A DNA stretch of 64,000 nt. It comes from Chloroflexota bacterium. GTDB taxonomy: Bacteria > Chloroflexota > UBA11872 > VXOZ01. The notes beneath the pieces were generated by a model that was not told where the DNA came from, searched no databases, and worked only from the letters and a program-made list of their open reading frames with translations. The DNA lies in the NCBI GenBank assembly GCA_965221905.1, contig OZ244922.1, positions 2,688,001 through 2,752,000 on the forward strand, read 5' to 3'. The position numbers were made by a program, and so were the translations under genes. Position 1 is the first letter of the stretch; the number at the start of each line of letters is the position of its first letter. This document shows, piece by piece, positions 10,259-19,660 of the stretch.

Positions 10259-11032
10259 TCAGCGGTTCATCACACGCTGCTCGAATGCGGTGACGACGGC
10301 CAGCAGTTCATCATCCAGCCGCAGCAGCACGGACTCGCGAATGTCCGCCGGCACGCCGCCAAAGTAAGGTTCTGCAATAGAGCCGGCAATGCAGGCAAGC
10401 GTATCGGCGTCTCCGCCCAGTGAAATGGCGTTGCGAACAGCGTCTTCAAAGTCGTTTGCCTCCAAGAAGGCCGTAATGGCTTGCGGTACCGTTTCCTGGC
10501 AAGACTCGTTGAACACATATGTGGGCCGTATTTCATCCAGTGTCTGCTGCAAATCGTAGCCAAGTGAAGCTTCCACAAACCGTTTTATTTCGCTCTTTTC
10601 GTGACCCGCCCGAGCCAAGAAAATAGCAGCGGCTGTGGCCTGCGCTCCACGCACGCCTTCGGGATGGTTGTGCGTAACCGCGGCGCTGCGCTCTGCCAAC
10701 GCCATTGCTTCATCGAGGCTTTCCGCAACGTAGGCCGCCGGACTTACCCGCATCGCGGCCCCATTGCCCCAACTGTTATAGGGCGCCCACGAATCAGACA
10801 TTGCCCAGTTATGAAAGGCGCCTCCGTATCCGGCGTCAGGATAACGCCGATAGTACAGTTTGAGCGTAACGGCATAGTCAAGCTCATGCAGCAATGCGTC
10901 AGCCAGCGCAATGGTGAGAACTGTATCGTCCGTGAAGAAACACCTGGGATCGATAAGTGGAAAGTCCTTCGTCTTGGTTGCGATAAATTCGTGGACCGAG
11001 CCGATAACGTCTCCCGCGATAGCGCCAATCAT
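10259..11032 (-). CDS. ADP-ribosylglycohydrolase (DraG family)
   Basis: MIGAIAGDVIGS, FTDDT, SWGNGAAMRVSP, GGDADT. Confidence 0.92.
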   Translation of the reverse strand: MIGAIAGDVIGSVHEFIATKTKDFPLIDPRCFFTDDTVLTIALADALLHELDYAVTLKLYYRRYPDAGYGGAFHNWAMSDSWAPYNSWGNGAAMRVSPAAYVAESLDEAMALAERSAAVTHNHPEGVRGAQATAAAIFLARAGHEKSEIKRFVEASLGYDLQQTLDEIRPTYVFNESCQETVPQAITAFLEANDFEDAVRNAISLGGDADTLACIAGSIAEPYFGGVPADIRESVLLRLDDELLAVVTAFEQRVMNR

Positions 11033-11049
11033 TGCTCGCCTCCCAGTCT

Positions 11050-11925
11050 TCAGCGCGCGTTGATGAAAACGATAGAAAACAATGCAAGAACGATGCCGGT
11101 TGCCGTCAGACGCCCAAACCGTTCGCCAAAGAGCACCATGCCGCCGAGCAAGGTCGTCGCCAGGCCTATAGTCGCCGAGAGCGGGAAGACTATTGTACCG
11201 GGGAGGACCTCCAGCGCACGCAAGAGCATAGCGATCTGAAAGAGGTTCGTTGCGCCCATCATCACTCCCAAACCGACATTATGCCGCAGCGAGGCGGTCC
11301 GCCAGTCCGGCAAACGAAAGCGCTTGCGAAGAGGCCAAACAAACGCGGATCCCAGAGTGGCCGCAACGAATACTGAGGCCGTGTACAGCGGCTGGTAATC
11401 GGGGGTGCTCCACACAGAGAACGCCTTTGCCGCTGTTAGTCCCGCCCCCGAAAGAAGCAGCGCCGCCAGCAGCACTCCCCATGTCCGAAACGAGTGCCCA
11501 CGGCTGCTGCGGGTTGCCTGGTGCGCGTCCGCGCCCAACAACGGCAGCGCAACAAACGCGAGCGCCAGACCAACAACCTGCAGTACGGCCGGCTGTTCCC
11601 CCCACAAGAAGATCGATGCCAGCGTTGGCAACGCCACTGAGAGACGAATGATGCCGAAAGTAATGCCGATACCGACGAGCTCGACTACCGTAAACAGCAC
11701 AACCAGGCTGATCTGGTACTGAAGTCCGTTGATTGCCCCCAGAATGATAACTGCCGGATCGAGGGCAGGAATTCCGTTCAACACCAACCAGCCAACCGCA
11801 AAGACTGACGCTATTGCATAGTTAATGGTCCCTACGGTTAGATAGTGGTATTGTCTGCCCCGTGCCATGCGCAGCGACATGGCAAACACGAAGTTGCCGA
11901 AGACTTGACCGGCAATATATATCAT
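11050..11925 (-). CDS. EamA/DMT family transporter
   Basis: About 10 hydrophobic helices in two repeats, ending LWGE and LFGER. Confidence 0.8.
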   Translation of the reverse strand: MIYIAGQVFGNFVFAMSLRMARGRQYHYLTVGTINYAIASVFAVGWLVLNGIPALDPAVIILGAINGLQYQISLVVLFTVVELVGIGITFGIIRLSVALPTLASIFLWGEQPAVLQVVGLALAFVALPLLGADAHQATRSSRGHSFRTWGVLLAALLLSGAGLTAAKAFSVWSTPDYQPLYTASVFVAATLGSAFVWPLRKRFRLPDWRTASLRHNVGLGVMMGATNLFQIAMLLRALEVLPGTIVFPLSATIGLATTLLGGMVLFGERFGRLTATGIVLALFSIVFINAR

Positions 11926-12965
11926 GCCGGCCTAAAGAGGGCAGGCTGGACCGGCCTGCCGGTCTGCCAGGATTCGATCGCGGCGAGCGCCACGGCCACC
12001 GTGTTTGCGCCTTCCCACACATTGGTGAGAGGAGTCCGGTTGTGGGCAACGCACTGGTACACGTGATCGACGACGGCGGCTATCGGTTTGCCGCCGGGTG
12101 GTTGAAACGGCACGGGCCACGCTTCTTCACCAAACTCGTGCCCTTCCGAAGTGCGAAAGTGCTTATCTTGATCATGCCGGCCGCGGGCCCGCTCGATCGT
12201 GCCGTTCGTACCGAAGAGCACCAAATTGTGCATGGTCGAGCGCACGAGACCATACGAGGTGGTGCATTTCCCCACAGCGCCATTTGCAAAGTGCAAGGTC
12301 GCTATCATGCAATCCGGGAACGGGAAGTCCGGCAAAGCACGCTGCGCAGCCTCGCAGTGTACCCGGTCGACCTCGCCCACCAGCCAACGCAACATGTCCA
12401 AGGAGTGGGAACCGCCGCCAAGGATCGGATAGTGGGAGTGTTCGGTTGAACCACGCCACACCGTGCGTTCGCGAATGAGACGTGCGGTGTTATGGAGATA
12501 GTCTGCCTCGGCATAGTAGATCTCCCCTAAACCCCCGTCTGCCAGGTGCTCCTTTATCGACTGATAGTACGGGAAGAATCTCAATACCTGGTCAACTGCG
12601 AGCAGCTTGCCGGTCTGCTCGACAGCGCGAATCATTGCCTCGCACTCTTGGAGCGAAATACACATCGGCTTCTCCACGATGACGTGTTTCCCGGCATGCA
12701 TAGCCTCGATCGCCATTGAAGCGTGCAGCGCGTGAGGAGTCGCAATCACCAGGAGATCAATGCTGGGGTGAGCCACGATTTCAGCAAAGTTTTCGTAACA
12801 TCGGAGATTCGCATGCTCTTGACTGACGGCTGCCAGCACGTCCGGCTCTTTGGCACAGACCGCAGCTACTGTGGTATTGGGGTGAGCGGCAAATGCCTCG
12901 ACAAATCTCCGACCCACTCCCAACCCAACGACTCCCACGTGTAATTCGGGAAGACTTGAACCCAT
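11922..12965 (-). CDS. Gfo/Idh/MocA family oxidoreductase
   Basis: GVVGLGVG, IATPHALH, VEKP; start moved to MGSSLPEL. Confidence 0.88.
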   Translation of the reverse strand: MGSSLPELHVGVVGLGVGRRFVEAFAAHPNTTVAAVCAKEPDVLAAVSQEHANLRCYENFAEIVAHPSIDLLVIATPHALHASMAIEAMHAGKHVIVEKPMCISLQECEAMIRAVEQTGKLLAVDQVLRFFPYYQSIKEHLADGGLGEIYYAEADYLHNTARLIRERTVWRGSTEHSHYPILGGGSHSLDMLRWLVGEVDRVHCEAAQRALPDFPFPDCMIATLHFANGAVGKCTTSYGLVRSTMHNLVLFGTNGTIERARGRHDQDKHFRTSEGHEFGEEAWPVPFQPPGGKPIAAVVDHVYQCVAHNRTPLTNVWEGANTVAVALAAIESWQTGRPVQPALFRPA

Positions 12966-13197
12966 GAAACCTGCCTTTCTCATGCCACGCAGATGAGGAT
13001 GCGCGCCCCTGCGTCCGAGCGCAGCGTAATTCATTTTATCGCATTCCATGCAAGTGCACGTATGCACTGCAAGATCAATAGTGGGATACGGGAAAGTCCC
13101 TTTGCACTGAACACTTCACAGGATCGAATGCACTACAGGCTTTCGTAGTAATATATGGCTAAAGCCAGACCGTGTGCGTAAGGGAAGAGTCCTCAAG

Positions 13198-14820
13198 ATG
13201 GCTTTCGATGTAATATTCTCAGTCGGGTTGCTAATCGTTGTCGCCAAGCTCTTGGAAGGAGTGCTCCGGCGATTTCGGCTTAGTTCGATCGTGGCCTATA
13301 CGGTTGCGGGCATAGCGTTGGGTCCCGTTGCCGGCTTGATTGAGCCTACTCAAGAATTGCAGGTGCTGCTCGGCATCGGCATCTTCCTATTCTTCTTCCT
13401 CATCGGTCTCGATGAGATTGACATCTCCGGCTTTATAGCCACTATCCGGGGTCGCTTCTTTGTGGCTGCGACCTTGTCGGTGCTGATCTCCCTCTTGTTG
13501 GCCCTCAGTGTGACTTCCGATATCTTCTTCGATTTTGGGCTGGGCCTGAACTTTACCGAAGCCCTGGCATTGTCGGGAATATTCTCGCTGTCCAGCCTTG
13601 GCTTGGTGAGCAAAGTTCTTGCTGACGAAGGTCATCTGCGCAAGCCCATTGGTATCCAAATTTTCGTCACTGTTTTGATCGCGGAGTTGATTGCCTTGTT
13701 GGTGGTGGGTTTCACCATTGGCGAGCATGTGACGGATTTAAACCTATTTAGCATCCTCATACTATTGGCAAAGATCGTCGGCTTCACACTTGTGACGTGG
13801 GTACTGTCCAGTCGCGTAGTCCCTCCCTTAATTATGCTCTTGAAGCGCTCTCTCCATGTGCCTCAGCTCTCGTTTGGCTTGCTCATCGGCGGGCTCTTTG
13901 TGGTGGTTGGTATCTCCGAAGCCGTGGGCGCTCACGGCTCGCTCGGTGCTTTGCTTTTTGGCGCCGCGCTATCGGGCCTGCCATACCAACTGCGTCAGGA
14001 AATCGTGCCGGGCATGCGGAGCGCTGCCGAGGGCTTGTTTGTGCCCCTCTTCTTTGCCTCGGCGGGGCTGCATCTCAGCCTCTCCTTCACGGAGTTGCCT
14101 GTAGCGACGATTTTGGCGTTAGTTAGTATTCCGCTCGTCGGGAAGTTCGCCGGCTCCTTGGTCGGCGCCTTTGTTTCGCGGCTGGAAATGCCGTTCGCTC
14201 TGGCCACAGGGCTGATGGCAAAGGGCGTAGCAGAAATTGCGTTGCTCTTGGTGCTGTTGGAAACGGGCACAATTGGGGATGATGTCTTTTCCCTCCTCGT
14301 GCTGATCATGTTTGCGTATATCTTGCTGGCGCCGACGGTCATCAACTACGCGGTAATTCGCGCAAAACCGTCAGAGCACACAACACTGCCAGGCTCGATA
14401 CCGGCATCCCTGGCGCGCTTTGCTCTCGACGACATCACCGTAATTGACATACTCGACCGCACCCGCAGCTATCCAAACCCAAATTTGTCTGTGCGGAAGT
14501 TTGTCGATCAATGGATCATTCCCCAGCAGCACGACTACTTGATTGTGGAAAATGGTACTGTCTCCGGGATCGTCTCATTGGGCATGCTGCGTTACTTGCC
14601 TAAAGATGCATGGTCCTCTACCCAGTTGGGGAGCGTCGTACGTCGCAAGACACCGCTGGCCCGGCCCGACGAGCCGGTGGAAGACGTGCTCCAACGGATG
14701 ACGGAGAGCACTCTAACGGTCATGCCGGTGGTTGAAGAGGAAAGTGAAGAGTTTCTGGGAATGGTTACCAGCCAGGATGTTCTGGATCTCATTACGCTGG
14801 AAGCCCGTGGAGCGCACTAG
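13198..14820 (+). CDS. Cation:proton antiporter (CPA2/Kef-like) with C-terminal CBS pair
   Basis: Many TM helices, FVPLFFASAGL motif; CBS-like C-terminus (MPVVEE...GMVTSQDVL). Confidence 0.85.
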   Translation: MAFDVIFSVGLLIVVAKLLEGVLRRFRLSSIVAYTVAGIALGPVAGLIEPTQELQVLLGIGIFLFFFLIGLDEIDISGFIATIRGRFFVAATLSVLISLLLALSVTSDIFFDFGLGLNFTEALALSGIFSLSSLGLVSKVLADEGHLRKPIGIQIFVTVLIAELIALLVVGFTIGEHVTDLNLFSILILLAKIVGFTLVTWVLSSRVVPPLIMLLKRSLHVPQLSFGLLIGGLFVVVGISEAVGAHGSLGALLFGAALSGLPYQLRQEIVPGMRSAAEGLFVPLFFASAGLHLSLSFTELPVATILALVSIPLVGKFAGSLVGAFVSRLEMPFALATGLMAKGVAEIALLLVLLETGTIGDDVFSLLVLIMFAYILLAPTVINYAVIRAKPSEHTTLPGSIPASLARFALDDITVIDILDRTRSYPNPNLSVRKFVDQWIIPQQHDYLIVENGTVSGIVSLGMLRYLPKDAWSSTQLGSVVRRKTPLARPDEPVEDVLQRMTESTLTVMPVVEEESEEFLGMVTSQDVLDLITLEARGAH

Positions 14821-14907
14821 CAACCGGCTTCCCAAACCCTCGGGCAAGGGCGTCGCCCATTCATCCTCTGCCAGCGAGGGAAGACCGTGACGCGGACTGC
14901 GTCAGGC

Positions 14908-15138
14908 ATGCAAGAACCGGTCGGCATCGAAGTGATTGGCCTCGGCCCCTGGGGCGAACTGCACCTGGTGGGGTACGATGCCCTCCCTCACGCTACGATC
15001 ACATTTGCAACGTGCGGGCAGACCGGCACACCACCTGCAATCATCACCCCCGCAGACGCCTACCGGGGTCTGCAGATAACTCCCGCCATAGTCGAATCTG
15101 CTACCATGGAGCGAGATGTGACGGTAGACTTAGCATGA
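14908..15138 (+). pseudogene. Internally deleted Gfo/Idh/MocA oxidoreductase remnant
   Basis: Rossmann N-terminus (IEVIGLGPWGELHL) fused in frame to the family C-terminus (FATCGQTG...DAYRGLQITPAIVESA); the central ~250 codons are missing. Confidence 0.7.
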
Positions 15139-15160
15139 AGCGACAGGGAACAGGACTTCT

Positions 15161-16339
15161 ATGAGCGTCGTCGACGAAACCCGCATTCAAGAATCTGCGG
15201 AGCTGCTATCCGCGCTCGTGCGCATTCCGAGCATGAATCCAGCCTTTATGGCCGATGGCTCGGGTGGCGAGAGCGGGCTTGCCGATTTCGTGGAATCCCA
15301 GCTACAAGACCTCGGCCTGGAGACGCAGCAACACGAAGTGCTGCCGGGTCGGTCAAACGTCTTCGGCCGCCTGCGCGTGCCAAACTCCAAGGGTCTCCTG
15401 CTCTTCGAGTGCCACATGGATACGGTGGGCGTTGACACGTGGGGGCCGGCAGCCTTGGAACCACGGTTGGAGGGCACCACGCTGCACGGCCGCGGCTCCT
15501 GCGACGCAAAGGGGTGTCTTGCCGGTATGCTGCTCGCTATTCGCGAATTGGCGCAGCACCGTGAAGAACTCGCGGTGGATATTGGACTGCTGGGCGTCGT
15601 GGATGAGGAGTACCGCTTTCGCGGCATCGTCGGCTTCATAGAGCAAGAGATTCAAGCGACTGCAGCCGTAATCGGCGAACCAACCAGACTTGAGCTGGTG
15701 ACCGCCACGAAAGGGGCCGTACGCTTTACGCTGGAGACCAAGGGCAGGCCCGCCCACAGCAGCCAGCCTGAAAGGGGTAACAACGCCATCTACCAAATGG
15801 TCGACGTCATTCAGCACCTGCGCGAGACGTTGGACCCGCGCTTCGCGGCGCGCTCGCATCCGCTGGTGGGATATCCCACCTGGGCCATCGGCATCATCCA
15901 CGGCGGCCACGCCGCCAACGTCATACCGGAGACCTGCCAGGTGGTGGTCGACCGTCGCATCATTCCGGGCGAGACCTCAGAGGGGGCAATCCGGGAATTC
16001 GAAGAGGCCATGGAGCAACTTGCAGAGACCAAGTCCGACATGCATCCCAGTGTCGCATCGCGCGACCTCGGTGACTGGCCCCTTGATACCGCGAAAGACG
16101 AAGAGATCGTGCAAGCAGCCATGCGCGCCCTGCAAGCCCACAATCTCCCGCCGGAGCCGCAGGGAGTGACCTACGGCACGGACGCGAGCAAGCTCCAGGT
16201 GAAGAGCAACGTGCCCTGCATCGTTTACGGTCCCGGTGATATCGCCTACGCCCATACCGATCACGAACGCGTCGACCTCACTGAAGTCGCCCAAAGCGCA
16301 GAAATCTACGCCCAAATCGCCCGTGAGTTCAAGCCCTAG
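15161..16339 (+). CDS. M20 family metallopeptidase/deacylase (ArgE/DapE-like)
   Basis: CHMDTV, GRGSCDAKG, DEE, IGEPT, AHTDHE. Confidence 0.9.
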   Translation: MSVVDETRIQESAELLSALVRIPSMNPAFMADGSGGESGLADFVESQLQDLGLETQQHEVLPGRSNVFGRLRVPNSKGLLLFECHMDTVGVDTWGPAALEPRLEGTTLHGRGSCDAKGCLAGMLLAIRELAQHREELAVDIGLLGVVDEEYRFRGIVGFIEQEIQATAAVIGEPTRLELVTATKGAVRFTLETKGRPAHSSQPERGNNAIYQMVDVIQHLRETLDPRFAARSHPLVGYPTWAIGIIHGGHAANVIPETCQVVVDRRIIPGETSEGAIREFEEAMEQLAETKSDMHPSVASRDLGDWPLDTAKDEEIVQAAMRALQAHNLPPEPQGVTYGTDASKLQVKSNVPCIVYGPGDIAYAHTDHERVDLTEVAQSAEIYAQIAREFKP

Positions 16340-16470
16340 CGTTCCTTGGCACAAGAGGAATGTGGCAGTCGCACTTGGACCGCTTCTCGCTAGCCAAGGT
16401 GCAGAATTCCGTCATTCCCTGGCAAGAACACTATCCACTATCAGCGTGATTTCACTTGACTCTCAACACA

Positions 16471-16494
16471 GATACTCCCGCTTGCGCGGGAATG
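16471..16494. repeat. REP-like hairpin of the TCCCGC-N4-GCGGGA family (second copy at 56066-56089)
   Basis: gatactcccgcttgcgcgggaatg. Confidence 0.65.
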
Positions 16495-16522
16495 CATCTT
16501 CTGCTTTCTTGCTGCAAAACTC

Positions 16523-16573
16523 TTAGAGTACGGAGCAGCCTAGGTTGACCGCGGAGGCCACGCTGTCGCCGCG
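16523..16573 (-). pseudogene. 3'-end remnant of an eighth SBP-like lipoprotein paralog
   Basis: Minus frame reads RGDSVASAVNLGCSVL*, matching the paralog C-terminus RGDDVASAVNQGCSTL. Confidence 0.8.
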
Positions 16574-16650
16574 CTACGGTTGGCGAAATGTCTGGATAGT
16601 GTCGACAACGAAAATTAGCCAAGGAATCACGTCTACTCCCGTGCCGGTCC

Positions 16651-17922
16651 TCAGGCTTGTTGGTATTCACGCACGATGGAGCAGGCCTGGTTGACTACAG
16701 TCGCCACATCATCGCCGTCCACGAGAGCTTCTTCCAAATACCGGTTTGTACGCAGTTGCACCCCAGTCTGCGGCCAACCGCTTTCATGTTTCATAGACTG
16801 CTGTAGCGCGGTCACTTCTTCCGGTCGCAGGTCCTTCCGGGTCTCTCCTAGCATCGCTACCGCTTCTCTCTGTGCGGGCACAGTCACGTACTTCTGCATG
16901 ACGTTCGCCAGACCCCTCAGCGCTGAATACGCGGCCTCCGGGTTGGCGGTTCTCGCCGCAATCGCAATCCCGAAGTCTCCAAGCACCGGCACGGCGCGCA
17001 CCTTGCCGCGCGGGATCTCTGCCAGCCGGAAGTCGCCGTGGGACGGGCGCTTCGGGGCAAGACTGTAGACCATCGCCGGCGGCGTCCCCGACTCAAAGAT
17101 CAATTTCCCTAACTCTCTGTACAAAGCGGGCGAAACTCGATAGGTATGGAGTAGGTCGCGAAAGAACTGCAGGGCTTCAATCGCCGCCGGCTCCTGCAGC
17201 CGGCACTGCAACGTGTCCGGGTCTACCGCGTCCGCTTCGTTCTGCCAGAGCGCCCACCAGAGCCCATTGCTGTGTGTCGCCAGCCCCCAGCGCGCCACGG
17301 CGCCGTCTGCTCTCCGCTTCGTCAGCTTTGCCGCATTCGCCACCAGGGCATCCCAGTCCCAGTTGCTATCCACCGGCGGCACGCCCTCCCGCCGGAACTG
17401 TGCAGCATCATAGTAGAGCACCTGCGGGCGCACCCCTACCGGCAGGGCGTAGAGCGCGCCATTCGCTCGAAATTGGGAAAGTACATTGGGATAATACTCT
17501 TGCTCAATGTCAGGTCCATCGGTACCGCTGAACCGGTCCAGGGGCAAGAGTACCCCTCTTTCTCCTAGAGCCTGCGCATCATACGACGCCACCGTCACGA
17601 GGTCTGCTTCAAGGTCTTCCAGCAGTGCAGCATACTCATCCCAATGCGGAAACGTCCCGATTCGGCGCAGGGCAAGGCTGTAGCGGCCTTGTTCGAACCC
17701 ATAAGGATCATCTGCATCCTCTGCAAGCTCTGCCACTGCCTGTCGGTATTTCTCAAGAGGTCTCACCCCGTGTGTACCAGCGAGACTTGCAATCGAATCG
17801 GAGAACGCCAGATTCAAGCTTGTTTCTTGCAACGGGCCTGTCACCTTCGACTGAGAATCGAGGAAACCACAGCCCGTGGCGAGTAACGACGTGGCTATTA
17901 GCATGTTTCGGCGTGATAGCAT
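16651..17922 (-). CDS. Tat lipoprotein, extracellular solute-binding protein family 1-like (array copy 7)
   Basis: MLSRRNML Tat motif and LATGC lipobox; SBP motifs LLPLDRF, GALYALP, LYYD, WDWDAL; start set at MLSRR. Confidence 0.85.
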   Translation of the reverse strand: MLSRRNMLIATSLLATGCGFLDSQSKVTGPLQETSLNLAFSDSIASLAGTHGVRPLEKYRQAVAELAEDADDPYGFEQGRYSLALRRIGTFPHWDEYAALLEDLEADLVTVASYDAQALGERGVLLPLDRFSGTDGPDIEQEYYPNVLSQFRANGALYALPVGVRPQVLYYDAAQFRREGVPPVDSNWDWDALVANAAKLTKRRADGAVARWGLATHSNGLWWALWQNEADAVDPDTLQCRLQEPAAIEALQFFRDLLHTYRVSPALYRELGKLIFESGTPPAMVYSLAPKRPSHGDFRLAEIPRGKVRAVPVLGDFGIAIAARTANPEAAYSALRGLANVMQKYVTVPAQREAVAMLGETRKDLRPEEVTALQQSMKHESGWPQTGVQLRTNRYLEEALVDGDDVATVVNQACSIVREYQQA

Positions 17923-18038
17923 CTTCTTGCTCCTTCTCAGCGCCGTTTCACTGCTTGTCTGCGGCAAACTTCCTCGCGCACGAACCAGGCGATCTTTCAA
18001 TTGAATTCTAGGTGCGTTTGGGCTTCTTGCGCCGGATA

Positions 18039-18057
18039 GCGGGGAACAAGCCCCCGC
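18039..18057. repeat. REP-like hairpin GCGGGGG-N5-CCCCCGC between SBP paralogs
   Basis: gcggggaacaagcccccgc (one stem mismatch). Confidence 0.85.
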
Positions 18058-18135
18058 GCTGTGCTGGCTAGAGTGACAGTCTAGTGTTGACAAGGAGCAT
18101 CAGCCAAGGGTCGCCGTTTACTACCGAGCAGGGCT

Positions 18136-19448
18136 TTAGGCTTGCTGGTTCTCGTAGAATACAGTGCAGCCTTGATTGACCGCGGAGGTCACGTCGTCGC
18201 CGCGTGCGAGCGCCTCTACCAAGCGGAACATGGCACGGCGCTGCGCTATGTCATCAGGTCTCCCACGTCCGTATTCCATTGACTGTTGTATCGCCGTGAC
18301 CTCTTCCGGCTGGAGGTTTGGCTGGATCTGCCCGAGCCGCGCCACCGCCTCGCGCTCGCTAGGTACTCTGACATGCGGTTGCATGGTCTTCACAAGTCCC
18401 CTGAGCGCCATGTAGGCCGCCTCGGGATTGGCGGTTTGCGCGGCAATCGCAATCCCTGGGTAGGGATTGACCTGCGTGCTTGGCACCTTGCCCCGGGGTA
18501 GCTCTGCTCTACGATACTTGGCGCCAATCGCGAGGTAAAGGACAGGAAAATATATCATAGCCGGTGGGGATTCCAATGCACCATAGACAAACCTGTCCAG
18601 ATCATTTCCGGCGGCCGCGGGCGAGACAACATGGGTGTGCATCAAATCCCAAATGTACTCTCTAGCGCTTTGACGGCGGCCGGTTCCTGCAATCGGCATT
18701 GCGACGTTAGCGCGTCAGCTACCTCCGCTTCGTTCTGCCACAGCGCCCACCAAATTGAATAATCGTGCGCTATCAACCCCCAGCGCGTTACCGTGCCGTC
18801 CTCCTCACGCTGCGTCAGCCGCAGCGCGTTCTCAACCAGGACGTCCCAGTCCCAGCTACCGTCCGGCGGGGCCACCCCCATGCTTTCGAAATAGTCCGCA
18901 TCGAAAGAGAGCATCAGCGGATCCGCGCCTACCGGCAGAGCGTAGAGCGCGCCCTTCTCACGGTAATAATCAAGGACAGACGAATAGTATTCGCCACTGA
19001 GCCCGGACCCATCGCCGCTGAACCGGTCCAGGGGCAGCAATGCGCCCCGCTCCCCTAAGGCGCGCGCTTCGTCATGCCACACGGTCACGAGGTCCGCGCC
19101 AATTTCGTTCAGCCAGGATGCCAAGTGCTCGGGCTTGTAGAACTCCTCCGCTTCGGGATCCGAGTAGGGACCCGCGTAGCGCTCAAAGTATTGCAGTGAC
19201 AGGCTGTAGCGCCCGCGCGTGGGACCGAAGGCGCTGTCACTGTCTTCTGCTAGAATCCGCTCTATCCGCCGAAGTTTTTCCTCAGGCGACGCCACAAGGT
19301 GCCCAGGACCGAGACCGGTTATTATGTGCGAAACCCAAGTCAATGGGGTAATCTTCGGAGCGCCCAGCACCGGAAATGGAATATCCAGCCCGCCACAGCC
19401 GGCCGCGAGAACTGCCGTACTTCCAATCAACGTTCGGCGTGATAGCAT
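18136..19448 (-). pseudogene. Tat lipoprotein SBP-like paralog (array copy 6), frameshifted
   Basis: ORFs 18642-19466 and 18136-18699 join into one paralog if an extra AG (ctaGAGAGtac, ~18657-18662) is removed; could be a sequence error. Confidence 0.8.
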
Positions 19449-19565
19449 GACTTCCTTCCTTGCCATGAATCCTACATTCTCAAGACTGCAGGGCGCTCCC
19501 TAGTGCATAGACCAGCCCACCTCCCAACAGCTATCCCAGTTGGTTCATGCTTCTTGCGCCAGGCA

Positions 19566-19584
19566 GCGGGGGACAAACCCCCGC
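19566..19584. repeat. REP-like hairpin between SBP paralogs
   Basis: gcgggggacaaacccccgc. Confidence 0.85.
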
Positions 19585-19660
19585 GCTACGACTGGGGGAA
19601 TGGCGAGTTAGAGTTGGCAACGAGAACTAGCCAGTTCCCACGGCTAATTTTCGCTGACTC

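Larger units (their letters stand above)
16569..18122. repeat. ~1.55 kb direct repeat, copy 1 (copy 2 at 23851-25414)
   Basis: Near-identical gene plus both flanks; offset 7282 bp over the gene. Confidence 0.92.
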
